This document shows, in pieces, positions 38,120 through 49,735 of a DNA stretch of 64,000 nucleotides (position 1 is its first letter; the number at the start of each line of letters is the position of its first letter). The position numbers were made by a program, and so were the translations under genes. The notes under the pieces were generated by a model. The model made no database searches. It saw only the letters and a program-made list of their open reading frames with translations, and was not told the origin of the DNA. Source of the DNA: Bispira polyomma (taxonomy: Eukaryota); the NCBI GenBank assembly GCA_965649765.1, contig OZ287751.1, positions 39,184,001 through 39,248,000 on the forward strand, given 5' to 3'.

Positions 38120-38365
38120 ACTTGCATCAGTTACTGTAATTCCCCTAACTGAAGAGAGAGGTTTGAGGATGACCTAAAGTATTTAATCTGCCAGTGACAA
38201 AGGAAGGTCATTTTAAATGGTCATCCGAGCCAGCAGGCAAACAAGTATACAGATCTTGCAAAAGGATGTTATTGTTATCTCACCAAAAGAAACTAGTGTG
38301 GTTGGTACCAGGAGTAGAACTAGGGACCTTCTGATCATTAGATCAGCTCCCTAACCACTAGACCA
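38120..38365 (-). mobile_element. Second SINE family, relative of the 45163 copy
   Basis: Reverse match to TGATCAGAAGGTCC...GATGACCA(C/T)TTAAAATG...CTCTCTCTTCAGTTAGGG. Confidence 0.7.
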
Positions 38366-38957
38366 TCAGGGGACCAGTTCAAGGAAGCTGGTAAAAGTTT
38401 AATGCACTGTAAAGCACCAGCCTACAGCAAGTCCACTGCCAACTTTCACACATACATGCCAGTTTCCAGCGTCAACCACTGACTGCAAAATTGGGGAGGC
38501 CAGGAGTGTTTAAGCACTTATAAAGTCAACAGTAAAAATATAGATTTCTCTATAAAATTGGACTATTGGTTCCTGTTTTCAATAACTCTGGTCCTTGTAA
38601 TATGACCTTGGAAGTGGCGTAAAATCTAATAAACCCCAAAACCATTAATGGTAATATGCCAATGAATCAGAAAAATCCCCCTGAAATTTTATAAATATAC
38701 ATACAACAAGGGGCAGATCAAGATCTCATTATTTTGACGAGTGGCTTAGTTTTATTTGTTTTTTTGTTTGTTTTGAGGGTAGGGGGAGAGGGGCCAAACA
38801 TGTGGGGCATAGTCCATCAGCTGAAGGCTTTTTGAATAAACCATGCTTAATGAACGAGAACTCTTATTTTTTATCACTCACATATAACAGTGAAGAAGAA
38901 CAAATTCCAAACCAAACAGCATGGTTCTATATCGGTGCTCATAATTTTGTCCATGTT

Positions 38958-39636
38958 ACAATATTATTATGCATTTTAAATGTGCTTTATTGATGCTAGG
39001 CATCTTCTAAAGAGCAACAGCAGTATCATGGATCCAGGCATGTAGTCCATGGACATAGCAAGGTCGTTAGGAAAGATGTGGGGGTGTACAGGACGGAACT
39101 AAGGTGGGTAGGCAAAACAGATAGGTCATAGGTTTGACGCTTTTACCTAAAACCAATAAGTGTATATACTGATTAAAGGTCGACTGGGAGACTGTTCCAT
39201 AACAAGCAAGCTACAATGGAGAAAGCTCTGGCTCCCGCCTTCCTGGAGGGTCTAACAGAAGAAACAGAGTCTATTGCCTCTCTTTAGGGTACTGAAAGAG
39301 AGAAGGGAAGCGAGATAGGAGGGCTGTTGAGTGACTACAGCCTTAAATGTGGTGACGTGAATTTTGAACAAGATTCTAGAGTGAATTGAAAGCCAGTGTA
39401 GTTTGTCAAGGTATAGAGCGATGTAGGTGCCACCGCCTAGCCGAAAAATCACACTGCATAGGTAGTTTTGAATGATTTGGAGCTTTTTAATCTGTGACTT
39501 GTTTACTCGAAACAAAAGACAGTTGCATTAGTCAAAGCGACTACTCACAAGGGCGTTTGCTACAGTTATAGCAGTGTCCAGCGATGGGTGGTTTCAGGTT
39601 ATTTTAATGTCACAAATATGGTAACAGCAGGAGCTA
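38958..39636 (-). mobile_element. 5'-truncated L2/CR1-group LINE, degenerate
   Basis: KLQIIQNYLC.VIFRL...LHWLSIHSRILFKI. 3' tail shared with the copy at 62460. Confidence 0.85.
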
Positions 39637-42057
39637 AGTTTCTAGGTAATTTCGCCAGAATTTTAAAAAGAATATAATTCAAAATGCTCAATTTGTTCCC
39701 AATCATTTTGTTAATAACTATCAATCAAAAAGCGTTCATTATTATATGGCCTGACCATTAATTTGTGACCACCCATATGTAACACAATATTATGTACAGT
39801 AGAATCTTGATTATCTATACCCATTCGGAGACACGAAATGAGTTTGGAAAACCGCAAGGTTCAGATATTCGGGAGTTTGATCGTCAATAATGACCGTGAT
39901 AGCATATTTTGCTAAAATCCTCGATTATCACCTATGGAAATTGTTTTTTAAGTTGGGGGACATCAGTTCCATTAATCAAGTTTTTTCAGACAAAAACAGG
40001 GTTCGAATAATCGTGCTTCTACTGTGTATATCTTTATGTGCTATGTATTATGGTCTAATTAAAGAATAGCTAGTTAATTGTCTCTGTGACATATCAACAG
40101 TACAGAATCATCTCTGCAGTAGAGTTTAAATCATTGATGATTGATTGTGCTCAGGGACAATTAGCTACACATGCCTGTATTTATAGAAATAGGCATTTGG
40201 TAACAGATCGGGTTGGTAATTAGCTTAATACCCGAGTCTTACCTGTAGTTATGAAAATTATTGCATTATGTCCGTCATAATACAAAACTACCAAAAGGCA
40301 CTTGTACTTTATGTAATACTGTAAAGAAGAATGTTACAGACATATACTGCTTGCCTAGCAATTACAGTCATAGCAAAAATTATGGACAAAACAATAACAA
40401 ATCTTGTAATTTCAAGGAGATGAAAGTGGTTTATTAATGGTATATCAATCTTCATATAAAATGTAAATAAAATAAAACTAGGATATAGAAAGATTTCACC
40501 TTTCATAATGGGGAAAATTGTCATCAATATATGCAGGGTGACCATAAATGGTAAGATTGACCATAATCGCTAGCAGAGCAGTACCCTGTATGCTATTGTA
40601 TTAAACAAAAGAGCACTAATAAACCTTTTCTTCACTTCCCCCAAGTACTGCCTATCAGCACCAGTAATTAACTGTCATTCCCCCTAAATTAAGTGAATAC
40701 AGAGGCTTGAGGGAGACCTCAACATACCCATGCAAGGTTCTTTAACCCGTAACTGGGGCAAATATTTAATTATAGAGAAATGCCTTTTAAGTGATCATCT
40801 GAGCCAGTATCTATCTACCAACCTGCACTTATCAACTGTCCACGTAGAGCCAATCAGCACCAGTAACTGTCATTCCCGAGCTTCGTTGAAAGCAGAGACT
40901 TAAAGATGACCTTTCATTAACATACACCCAATTAGGGTTCTATTAGTACCTATATCAGTCTGTACCTAGTCGATTAAGGCCAAAATAAAACCCAGGTCCC
41001 CTATGTTCCTATAAGTGTGTGTATGTCATCCACTGGGTCACAGTGGCAGAAATACTGAATTATTAAAGAAATATATATATATATATCCACATTAACAATA
41101 TAATCCCAATGCAGGTCACAGATAATTTACTAAAACTTTATATTATAATAATACTTACATTTGTGAATGGTTGACCTCAAAGTGAAGACATATCCTTACT
41201 AACAGGTCACCAGGTACTCATTTAACGTATTTTAACCTTCAAACGTTTTTAGTAGCTGTAAATATATAGGAGACTCACTCACACATTACAAATGTAAGTG
41301 TCATATGATTCAGGTATAAATATCCTTGCAAAACTCCAACCTCTTTAAAAACAGTTTCGGCTTGGTCACAGGTTTTATTTAAAAAAAACCCCATTTATAT
41401 GACTTTCAGTCCTGTATGACAATATATCCTTATGTAGCTTAGAACGGCATCCCTCTTATAGGAAGTTTGTCACGACACACAAAGTTTTCATGTGATAAAT
41501 TATGTTCAACTAGTCACCGAATTTGTACATGTTCACTGTCAATTGATGCCTGGTTGTGTGGTTTTTAGGTGGTGGTAACAGAGACACTGTATACCACAAG
41601 CCAATAATTGACACACCAAAAACAGAGTTGACAAATATTGGCAGGTTACCAAAAGCACTTGAAAAAGATAAGGCACCACAACAGCAAAAAAATCAACAGC
41701 CAATTTTTATAATCCTAGTGATACTGTCTTATCCTTGATTATATTGGATTACTGTTTATAAAGACTAAATCATCGTCGTTTATAGCCATGTGTAATATGT
41801 CTAGAATTGTTCCTGCACTATATAGATATGCCATGCTAGGCTTTACAAAAGCATTCGTGTTTTTGAATGGACACAATCTCACACAAAATACTGCATTTAT
41901 TGCCATATACAGGTATAGTGGAGAAGACCATAATAGGTAACTTCCATTCAAGCCGATCAATTCCCTGTATGATTTTCTCGTGCTGTGTGAGTGTGGTGTG
42001 TACTTGCTATATATGCATAAGAAGCAGTGTGGCGTGTGTGTTGCTTGGTGAACTGAT

Positions 42058-42080
42058 ACACACACACACACACACACACA
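42058..42080. repeat. (CA)n microsatellite
   Basis: About 11 CA units. Confidence 0.9.
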
Positions 42081-42226
42081 TACTTGGCTTTAGAGTTTGT
42101 GAGTGAGCGAATGTGTGTGTGTGGCTGTCTGTATGTGTGTGTACAAAAGTGCTTCTTATGTTACCGGCAGATGGATGTTAAGACAACACGTGCTACTATT
42201 CACACATTAATTGTGTACATGTATAC

Positions 42227-42622
42227 TACGGAGCCCCTAAAGTGACATAGCAAAAGGGGTGGGGAGGAGATTTAAAAAGGTGTACATCTTGTTACCCCAA
42301 GTTATAATATTTATTACCTCGAGTTAATAAGTCATAAGATGGAAAATAGTTACCTTAACAGAGTATGTTATCTTACGAAACAACTTACTAACTCGAGGTA
42401 ACAACTTATTATCTTGACGAAACAACTTAATATCTTGAGAAACGACGTAGTATGTTGAGGTAATAACTTTTTATCTTGACGGAACAACTTACTATCTTAA
42501 GGTAACGACTTACTATCTAGAGGTAATGGCTTACTTTGTTGAGGTAACAACTTACTATTTTGAGGAAACCAGATTTCCAATAAAACTCTCATGCCTTGCT
42601 ATGTTACTTGAGGGACTCTGTA
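42227..42622. mobile_element. MITE with ~27-bp TIRs and an internal ~21-bp tandem array
   Basis: TACGGAGCCCCTAAAGTGACATAGCAA and TTGCTATGTTACTTGAGGGACTCTGTA. Internal AACAACTTACTATCTTGAGG repeats. Confidence 0.8.
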
Positions 42623-44086
42623 TGTATATGCATATATCCATATATCTGCTGAAAATGAATTAAAAATTCCCATGTGGGATTTGAATCAAGGACCCCAGAG
42701 GCTACAGCAAAACATATTGCTTGTGACTCCGTTTTGTGTTTTAACTAATTCTTTCATGTAACTACAGATGTTACCAACAAAGTGGTTTATTGGTGATTTT
42801 TTTGGGTGTAAACTGTTTGTAACACCACATATGTTGATTTGATAAAACCTGGGGGATTATTTACAACAAGGGCTAATAAGTCTAGACAAGTAATCTAGTA
42901 GAAAAGTATACTAGATCTAAGACAAAGTCTGGTTTACCCTTTGATGAATACCACCCTGTAGAACCATATTTTTTGTTTTCAAAATATATTGAATTTATCA
43001 ATTGTAGTCAAGATGCCTTATTTAAAATTGTGTAGTAAAATATAGAGTATATCACATGACACTGTGACGCAATATAAATATTTCTAATGCATATATATAT
43101 ATTCCTTTAGGAAATGACCAAAGTACCCATTTACATTTTGGAGAAATGCCTAATTATGTTTTTTTTCGCAGTGTAATTATCTTTGCTTGCAAGTCTAGAC
43201 ACTCGAGTATATTAGCCACTGCTTTGACTATTGTCTCAATAAATCTCTGATACTCCATTACACACCTTTAATAATTAATTTCTTTACTTGGGTTTAATGT
43301 TGGATTTGGCTCTCACAACCACTTATGTCTTTTTCTCTGTGTGTGTCTGCAAAACACCATTTTACTCAGCTCAGTATATTTCCAGTAATTATCATTTGAC
43401 CCCCCCCCAAAAAAAAAACAAAAAAAAAACATATATATATATATATATATAACCCGCCAAAAAACCACAACAAATGTATTTACTGTAAAAATGGAGAAGT
43501 AACAATGAAACAACGGATGGTTTTTCAGATAGCAGTCAGTATATGGATCATTTGGAAAGTCTGTTGATGACTCACAACTCAGTAGTTTGTGGAGACAACA
43601 TCAGTTGTTAAGAGTATTTGTTTGCAGACAAACCTCCAGTATAATATGCCTTCAGCAGTTATTCAAGTGGCGAGTTCTGCTCCACTAAGCCCAATCACTG
43701 AGCTCTAACTTATTAACGTCTGGAGATACAACACCAAAACAATAGCACCGCCTTCGGTGAGCTAAAAATCCATGGTTGATGTATGGTAGATATGATTGCT
43801 GTACATAGTTCAAACCTAGAGTATTTGGTCTCAACTCCAAAGCTTATGGTGGTCTTGCTTTAAGGCTCAAGTTTGTCGGAAAGTCTCATTGTATTTAAAG
43901 CTAAATAAATATATTGATATATAAAATGAACAATATTAATTTTAAATTGGCATAATGTACTCACATGAGTAACAGATTGGGATGTATCTTATATGAGCAC
44001 ATTATGCTACATTCTAGTGCAGTACTTGCAAGTAGAAGGCTGTTTTTCCTTGCCATTAGGTGTCCTAAGCTGCTAAAATCCCCTTT

Positions 44087-44341
44087 AGGGATTTACAGGC
44101 CGCCCACAACACAACACGACACAACCGACATAAAAATAGAAACAATACAATATAAAGTGATTATTTCAGACTTTTCCTAGCACGACACTGCACAACACTG
44201 CAACTGGCCTTGGAGAAATCTCTAAAAAACATTGTGTCGTGGGTGGTCTGTAAAGCCCTTTACAGACCGCCCATGTCACAGCACAATGTTTTTTTAGAGA
44301 TTTCTTGTCGTGTGCGGTTGTGGGCGGTCTGTAAAGCTCTT
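44087..44341. mobile_element. Two fused Harbinger/Tourist-like MITEs
   Basis: TIR AGGG(A/C)TTTACAG(G/A)CCGCCC, central junction GTCTGTAAAGCCCTTTACAGAC, internal ACGAC/ACAAC repeats. Confidence 0.7.
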
Positions 44342-45162
44342 TGAGGTTAACATTTATGTCTAAAATAGTTAAAACTTCCTACCGATAGTCTTAATGCTAA
44401 GAACAAAGTAATATTTAAATATATATTTTTGCATTTGGCCATTTTAGTTGTAACATAGCTTATTCTCTTTATCAATTGCTTTTGTCGAAATTGTGCCCCA
44501 ATGAATTGTTACTTATCAGCGTAGGAAAAATATAGATTTCCTGTTTTCCAGTCGAACGAGGTCATTGTTTTCATCATGGTTGATCGTTAGAGAGTAAAAA
44601 ACTTTTACTGCAAAGCCACGAAACAGTTCTTCAACTTCATGAAGGGGGATATTACTTCATCTGAATCCCTATTTCCACGCAGTCATGGTTTTTTTTATCA
44701 TTAACATATCATAATATGTTAGTTCCAATTTCTACACCAATTATTTAGGAAGGTGCCAGTTTGCAGCAAAGGTGAGATATTTTTGCTTTATTTGCAGTCC
44801 ACAAATGCTTTTCAGTATATTACTTATTCTCCTTTAAACGATTCATTTACTTCAACCAGCAGGTTAAAATGGTTCACGATCAAATCCATTTTACTTGATC
44901 TGGGACACTAGCTGATGTGTCATGGCGTGAAGTTCTTTGGCTTAACGTTAATAGTTCAAGGTTATATATTTAGCTTGGCTCAGGTCACTAACTGACTCAC
45001 TGTGGGACCAAGTTTATTTGGCCAACATATTCTGCTTTTGATCCTTACCTTTTTTGTAAAGACTGAGGGCAACAGTCAGAACCATGTCTTTAGAACAAGG
45101 TCTGTCATTTTCAACTGCAAAGCTTTCCTTATTGTTTCTGTATCATTGTTAAAGGCTTGTAC

Positions 45163-45478
45163 CCCGTGGCCTAGTGGTTAGGGAGTTGGTCTGATGATCA
45201 GAAGGTCCTGGGTTCTATTCCCGGTACCGGCCACTGGGTTCATTGCTGGGATAACATCCTGGCCAAGATTTGTACACACGTTTGCCCAGTGGCTCAGATG
45301 ACCACTTAAAATGGCGGTCCTCTGTCACTGCGTCCTATCCCCAGTAGCAGGCTTAAGATCCTTGGGGGGTCATCCCCAAACCTCTCTCTTCAGTTAGGGC
45401 AGTGACATTAAATGAGGCAGTTGACTGTTATAGTCAGAAATAGGGTTAATTGGCGCTCCGAATACCAGATGAAGGTAG
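45163..45478 (+). mobile_element. tRNA-derived SINE, second family (possibly Nin/Deu-domain type)
   Basis: A box GTGGCCTAGTGGTTAGG and B box GGTTCTATTCCC. The central-domain assignment is from recalled resemblance only. Confidence 0.7.
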
Positions 45479-45812
45479 ATAAATGCCATGAGTATAAATC
45501 CAATGTAGTGATTATCTGCATTTGTTTATCTATGAGTATACACATTTTTACACCAACAAATGTGTTACAGCAGGATTCCAGTGGTGAAGCTTAATTACTT
45601 TTTTTTTCAATTTGGGACAAAATACTTCAGGTACAAAACAACAGCCAAGAATCGTTTGTGATATCACATTGAAAGAGTGCAGCGTTCGAGTTTGGTAATA
45701 GTTTGCATTTCGTTCTTATCATTCCAAAGTTCAAAGTTTGTTGCATTTCCCAGCTGCTGGTCTTGAAGTGGACAAAAATAGGTAGCCCCGTCATAGATAC
45801 CACACAAAGTCC

Positions 45813-46051
45813 TCGGGTCATATTTACAAAAAGGTCTTAGTCTTATCTTAGGCTTAAAGCTTGACATATATGTCTAAAATAAAACATTTAAGATTACCTG
45901 CCGTTAGTCTTGGCGCTATAGGAGCAAAGTTGAGACTAAACCAAAGATCTTTTCTTACTGCCACTCAGGTCAAAGACCAAAAACTCAACCTTTTTGTCGA
46001 AAAGCGAAGACTAATATCTTAAGACTAAGACCCTGATGTGAATAAGGGCCC
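45813..46051. mobile_element. MITE related to the 12994 element
   Basis: Imperfect TIRs GGGTCATATTTACA...GGTCTTAGTCTTA and TAAGACTAAGACC...TGTGAATAAGGGCC, followed by CAG. Confidence 0.55.
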
Positions 46052-46626
46052 AGACCAATATTATGCAAACAACTAGAAGACACAATAAATTTGAAAATTA
46101 GGTAATTAGTTTTTTTCTCTTGATTATAACTTGGATAACATGAATCTTAATACATCAATGTATTCTTTTCTATTTTAAATGTAAACAAATTCCTACTGGC
46201 GTATCTTGTCACGGCCCATCTAATGGTAAGTTAAAGAACTTGGGGGACCTTGATCAATTTTCAATGCCCTTCATCACTTCTCAGTTAACATGACTAAATC
46301 CACTGTATAGCACTGTATAGGCCGTTATAGTGTCTAGACATTTCTCTAAAATATAGCAGACATGATTTTTTTCCCCTGAAAGTCAGACTCTTGACTCTTT
46401 TGAATAGTTACAGTTGTGATATCATTCTTTTTGTTTAGTGGTCTTAATTTTTTTTAATCTAATACGCATATTTAGCTGATATAGCTAATATCTGAATAAC
46501 ACTGAAAGCTAATATCTTATGTCTATGTATTCATTGTTAAACAAATTCAAAATTGGTAATATTTTCTCTAATGTTTGCCAACAATATTTACAGGTTATTC
46601 AGCTGACCCGAAACTTAGGATCCTAA

Positions 46627-46781
46627 AGGGCTTTACAGACTGCCTACGACTCTAAACGACACGACACATTCCTCCAAGGCCAATTTGCAATGTCGTTCTG
46701 GGACCAATCTAAATAATCAATATATATTGTGTTGTTTCTATTTTGATATAGAGTTGTGTCGTGGGCGGTCTGTAAAGCTCT
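46627..46781. mobile_element. Harbinger/Tourist-like MITE, same family as 44087
   Basis: TAA-AGGGCTTTACAGAC...GTCTGTAAAGCTCT-TAA. Confidence 0.75.
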
Positions 46782-48115
46782 TAAGATTGGCCAAATCGGA
46801 AGTTGTGCTCCAACATTTACAATGACTTTATTTTGATGCTTAATGTCCAGAAGATTTTAGCTGGCATGAGTTTGGAAGCCTGTTGATTTTAAAGATATGC
46901 AACCACATTTACAGCTTAGTTGGAGTACACTTGTTTTTAAGGAAAAAAAAACAACATAATTTAAAGTGGGCACGAGTCGGGGCATAGTCAATTTAATGAA
47001 CTTTTCTTGCCTATTAAAGGGTTGTTTTGATTGGACCAAAAGCGACTACCAATGGAAAGCAACAAAAATAAATTTTTAAAAAGCCACTATTAACACTGAT
47101 ATATGTTTGTTACACTGATATTCTTGTGTAACCAGTGTCCTCAGTGAACAACAATTTAAAGTCTTTTTTTTAAAGTGCATTTTAAGTGTGGTAAACTTTT
47201 CTAAAGATATATATAACTTTACTCAAACCTTTTAGGGGTGTCGTAAATAATGTCTGTTTTATCGTCTAATTAATGATAACTTTTTAACACTTCACGCATC
47301 ACATCAATTTAATCTACCATACAATGCAAATTATATACTCTTCATGATCAATTATGATGGAACACCCATTTGTCTAAAACTGTGTTATTAAAATTGTAGA
47401 ATTTGTCTCATTATATTTTTTATCTGAAAATTAAAACCATAAATATTGCATATATTTTAGTGTATTATGTATTAATCCCAACCCTTTTGAGTTACAAACA
47501 ATAATTAAATACTATCATTACCAACAGGAAATGAAATATCCTGGCAATATTATCAGGGTAGTTATTAAGCCTCACTGACATTTTTATTCCAATGGAATTA
47601 AATTACTTTTGACATCCTCCATCAAAACCAGCTTCAAAAAAGGGAAAGTTCCAAATTAAAATAATAACTGTTTCAAAACCATATGGCAAAATTGTCTGAA
47701 TTAGTCTGTTGAATGTACATGTTGCGAGTGGAGCAGTTTCAAATATTATGAAAAACAGTCGGTGTAATATTGTAAATATTAATGTTAAAATGAACCATAT
47801 GTTCGATTGGAACAAAACATAAGTCATTATAATATTTTTATGTGAAAATCTGGATATAAGGATAAAATTATTCTTACTAGAGGTAATGACTGTTAATTTG
47901 AAAAATGTTTACTGCCAAATTGATATTCTACTATGGTGTCAGCATTTAATTCGGAAACTAGAAATCTCAAACCATGAATTTTAAAGGTTAAACTAGAGTT
48001 ATACAGCTGCAAAGTTACATAGGATTTTCATCAAAGGGACCATGGCTTAGGTGTACATATAGAAAGATACATTTAGAGACATACAACTATAAACAAGCAA
48101 GGGCATTCACTTAAG

Positions 48116-49159
48116 ATGGAGAAGTTGTGTCCAAATAGTTCCTCTCTCGAAAACATCTGTAATGACACAAGGATTTGCGACATTGAAATGAATATAGTGT
48201 GCCAAGACAATCCAGCTATCTGTCAAGAAGTGGCTGAAATAGCAAAAGGTGAGATTGTAAATATAAGTGACATTCTACAAACCTGTTGTTGTACCATACC
48301 AATATGTAGCACAGGATTTGGGAGCCATAGTGCAATATTCATTCTGACAATCTTGTTATGTTGCCTTGGCATTCTGGGCAATACCACCACATTTGTGATA
48401 ATACAATTACACTTCAAGAAGAACCAACCCAATAACCTTCTGAAGGTTCTGATTACAATGTACAGTGTTACTTTGCTGTCCTCTTTGTTCACCCAAGTTG
48501 TGGAGTACACCTACTGTTCCTTTGAGGAACAAACGCACGTGCTTTACACTCTGCAAATGATCAGTATCTTCTTTCAGAAACTGACAATGTTTACGTCTAT
48601 TTATACCATTGTGCTAATTGCAACATGTCGCAGTCTGAGCACCATTTTCCTGCAGCACATACTACGTATATGGAAACGAATACCTATTGGCTTGATCATA
48701 ATTTTCAGTGTTGGAACAATGTTCTCAATGTTTATGACAGTCCAACCGTTTGATTCCCTCTACCTGGTAACCTTCAGTGTGATCATAGACGTCTTGATTC
48801 CTCTCATGTTCCTTCTGCCCTGTATTGTTGTCATGATGAGAGATATCTGGTTCCAAGGGGCTCACATCCAGTCTCAAGATCAGTCTATGTATGCAGTGTC
48901 AATGGAACATGAGCTTCTGACAGATACCAAAGAAGTTACCAAAGTTCTGGCTGCTATGGTAATCCTCTCAATGACGTCGCTAATTGTGGTCATGGTTCAG
49001 TTGGTATCTCTTCATATGCAATACAACATGATGGTAGCATTGAGGAATGTCGTTCACATTGCTGTGGAACTAAATGCATCTAGCTGTTTTGTAGTTTTTG
49101 CCATTTTCAGAACCAAATTTAGGGAAGTCCTGTTGCAAGCTTGCAAGAATCAACCATAG
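48116..49159 (+). CDS. Intronless orphan class A (rhodopsin-like) GPCR, divergent
   Basis: 347-aa ORF with seven hydrophobic segments, TM1 GILGN, a basic loop before TM6 (KEVTKVL), and TM7/helix 8 LNASSCFVVFAIFRTKFREVL. Confidence 0.85.
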   Translation: MEKLCPNSSSLENICNDTRICDIEMNIVCQDNPAICQEVAEIAKGEIVNISDILQTCCCTIPICSTGFGSHSAIFILTILLCCLGILGNTTTFVIIQLHFKKNQPNNLLKVLITMYSVTLLSSLFTQVVEYTYCSFEEQTHVLYTLQMISIFFQKLTMFTSIYTIVLIATCRSLSTIFLQHILRIWKRIPIGLIIIFSVGTMFSMFMTVQPFDSLYLVTFSVIIDVLIPLMFLLPCIVVMMRDIWFQGAHIQSQDQSMYAVSMEHELLTDTKEVTKVLAAMVILSMTSLIVVMVQLVSLHMQYNMMVALRNVVHIAVELNASSCFVVFAIFRTKFREVLLQACKNQP

Positions 49160-49735
49160 CTACAAGGAATAGCGATAATATATGCTTGGCTACTATAACT
49201 AAAATTGCTTTTAAGCCTGTGTTAAATATTACGGATAATAAGACTACTTTAAAGTGTGTTTTACATGCAGATTTGACTTTTAATATGATTGACAATGTGA
49301 TGATATACTTCTGGATACAGTTGCGTTGATAATCTGAAAGAGTAATGTATAAGTGAAGAATTAACTGTAAATAGTTTTTTAAGCGATACAGTTTAAATAA
49401 GGTGTAATTACATTAAATAATTAACAGTGAACTGCACGTTTTCATTATCCACAGTGGATATACCTTTATTATTGCTCTATATGCAAAAGTAAACAATGTA
49501 TTTTATAAACAATGTCTAGAATCATGATACTAAAAGCATATATTATTCTTTTTTTCACTTCATCAACTTTGTTACATAGTCTTGAAAAGGACTGAGATGT
49601 GTCAACGTTACTAAATGTATTTTACAATCTCCTACTGTAATGGCAAAAGCAATTCAGCTTTTCATGTTATGCTTTTGCTATAGTCTGTCGTACAAATTTT
49701 GCACTCTTTTGCTGTTCTATGCTGGATCACAAAAG

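Noticed and set aside
40230-41260. 5'UTR exons of L1 (minus-strand GTAAG donors near 40242 and 41158)
   Set aside because: Plausible, but cannot be supported without transcript data.
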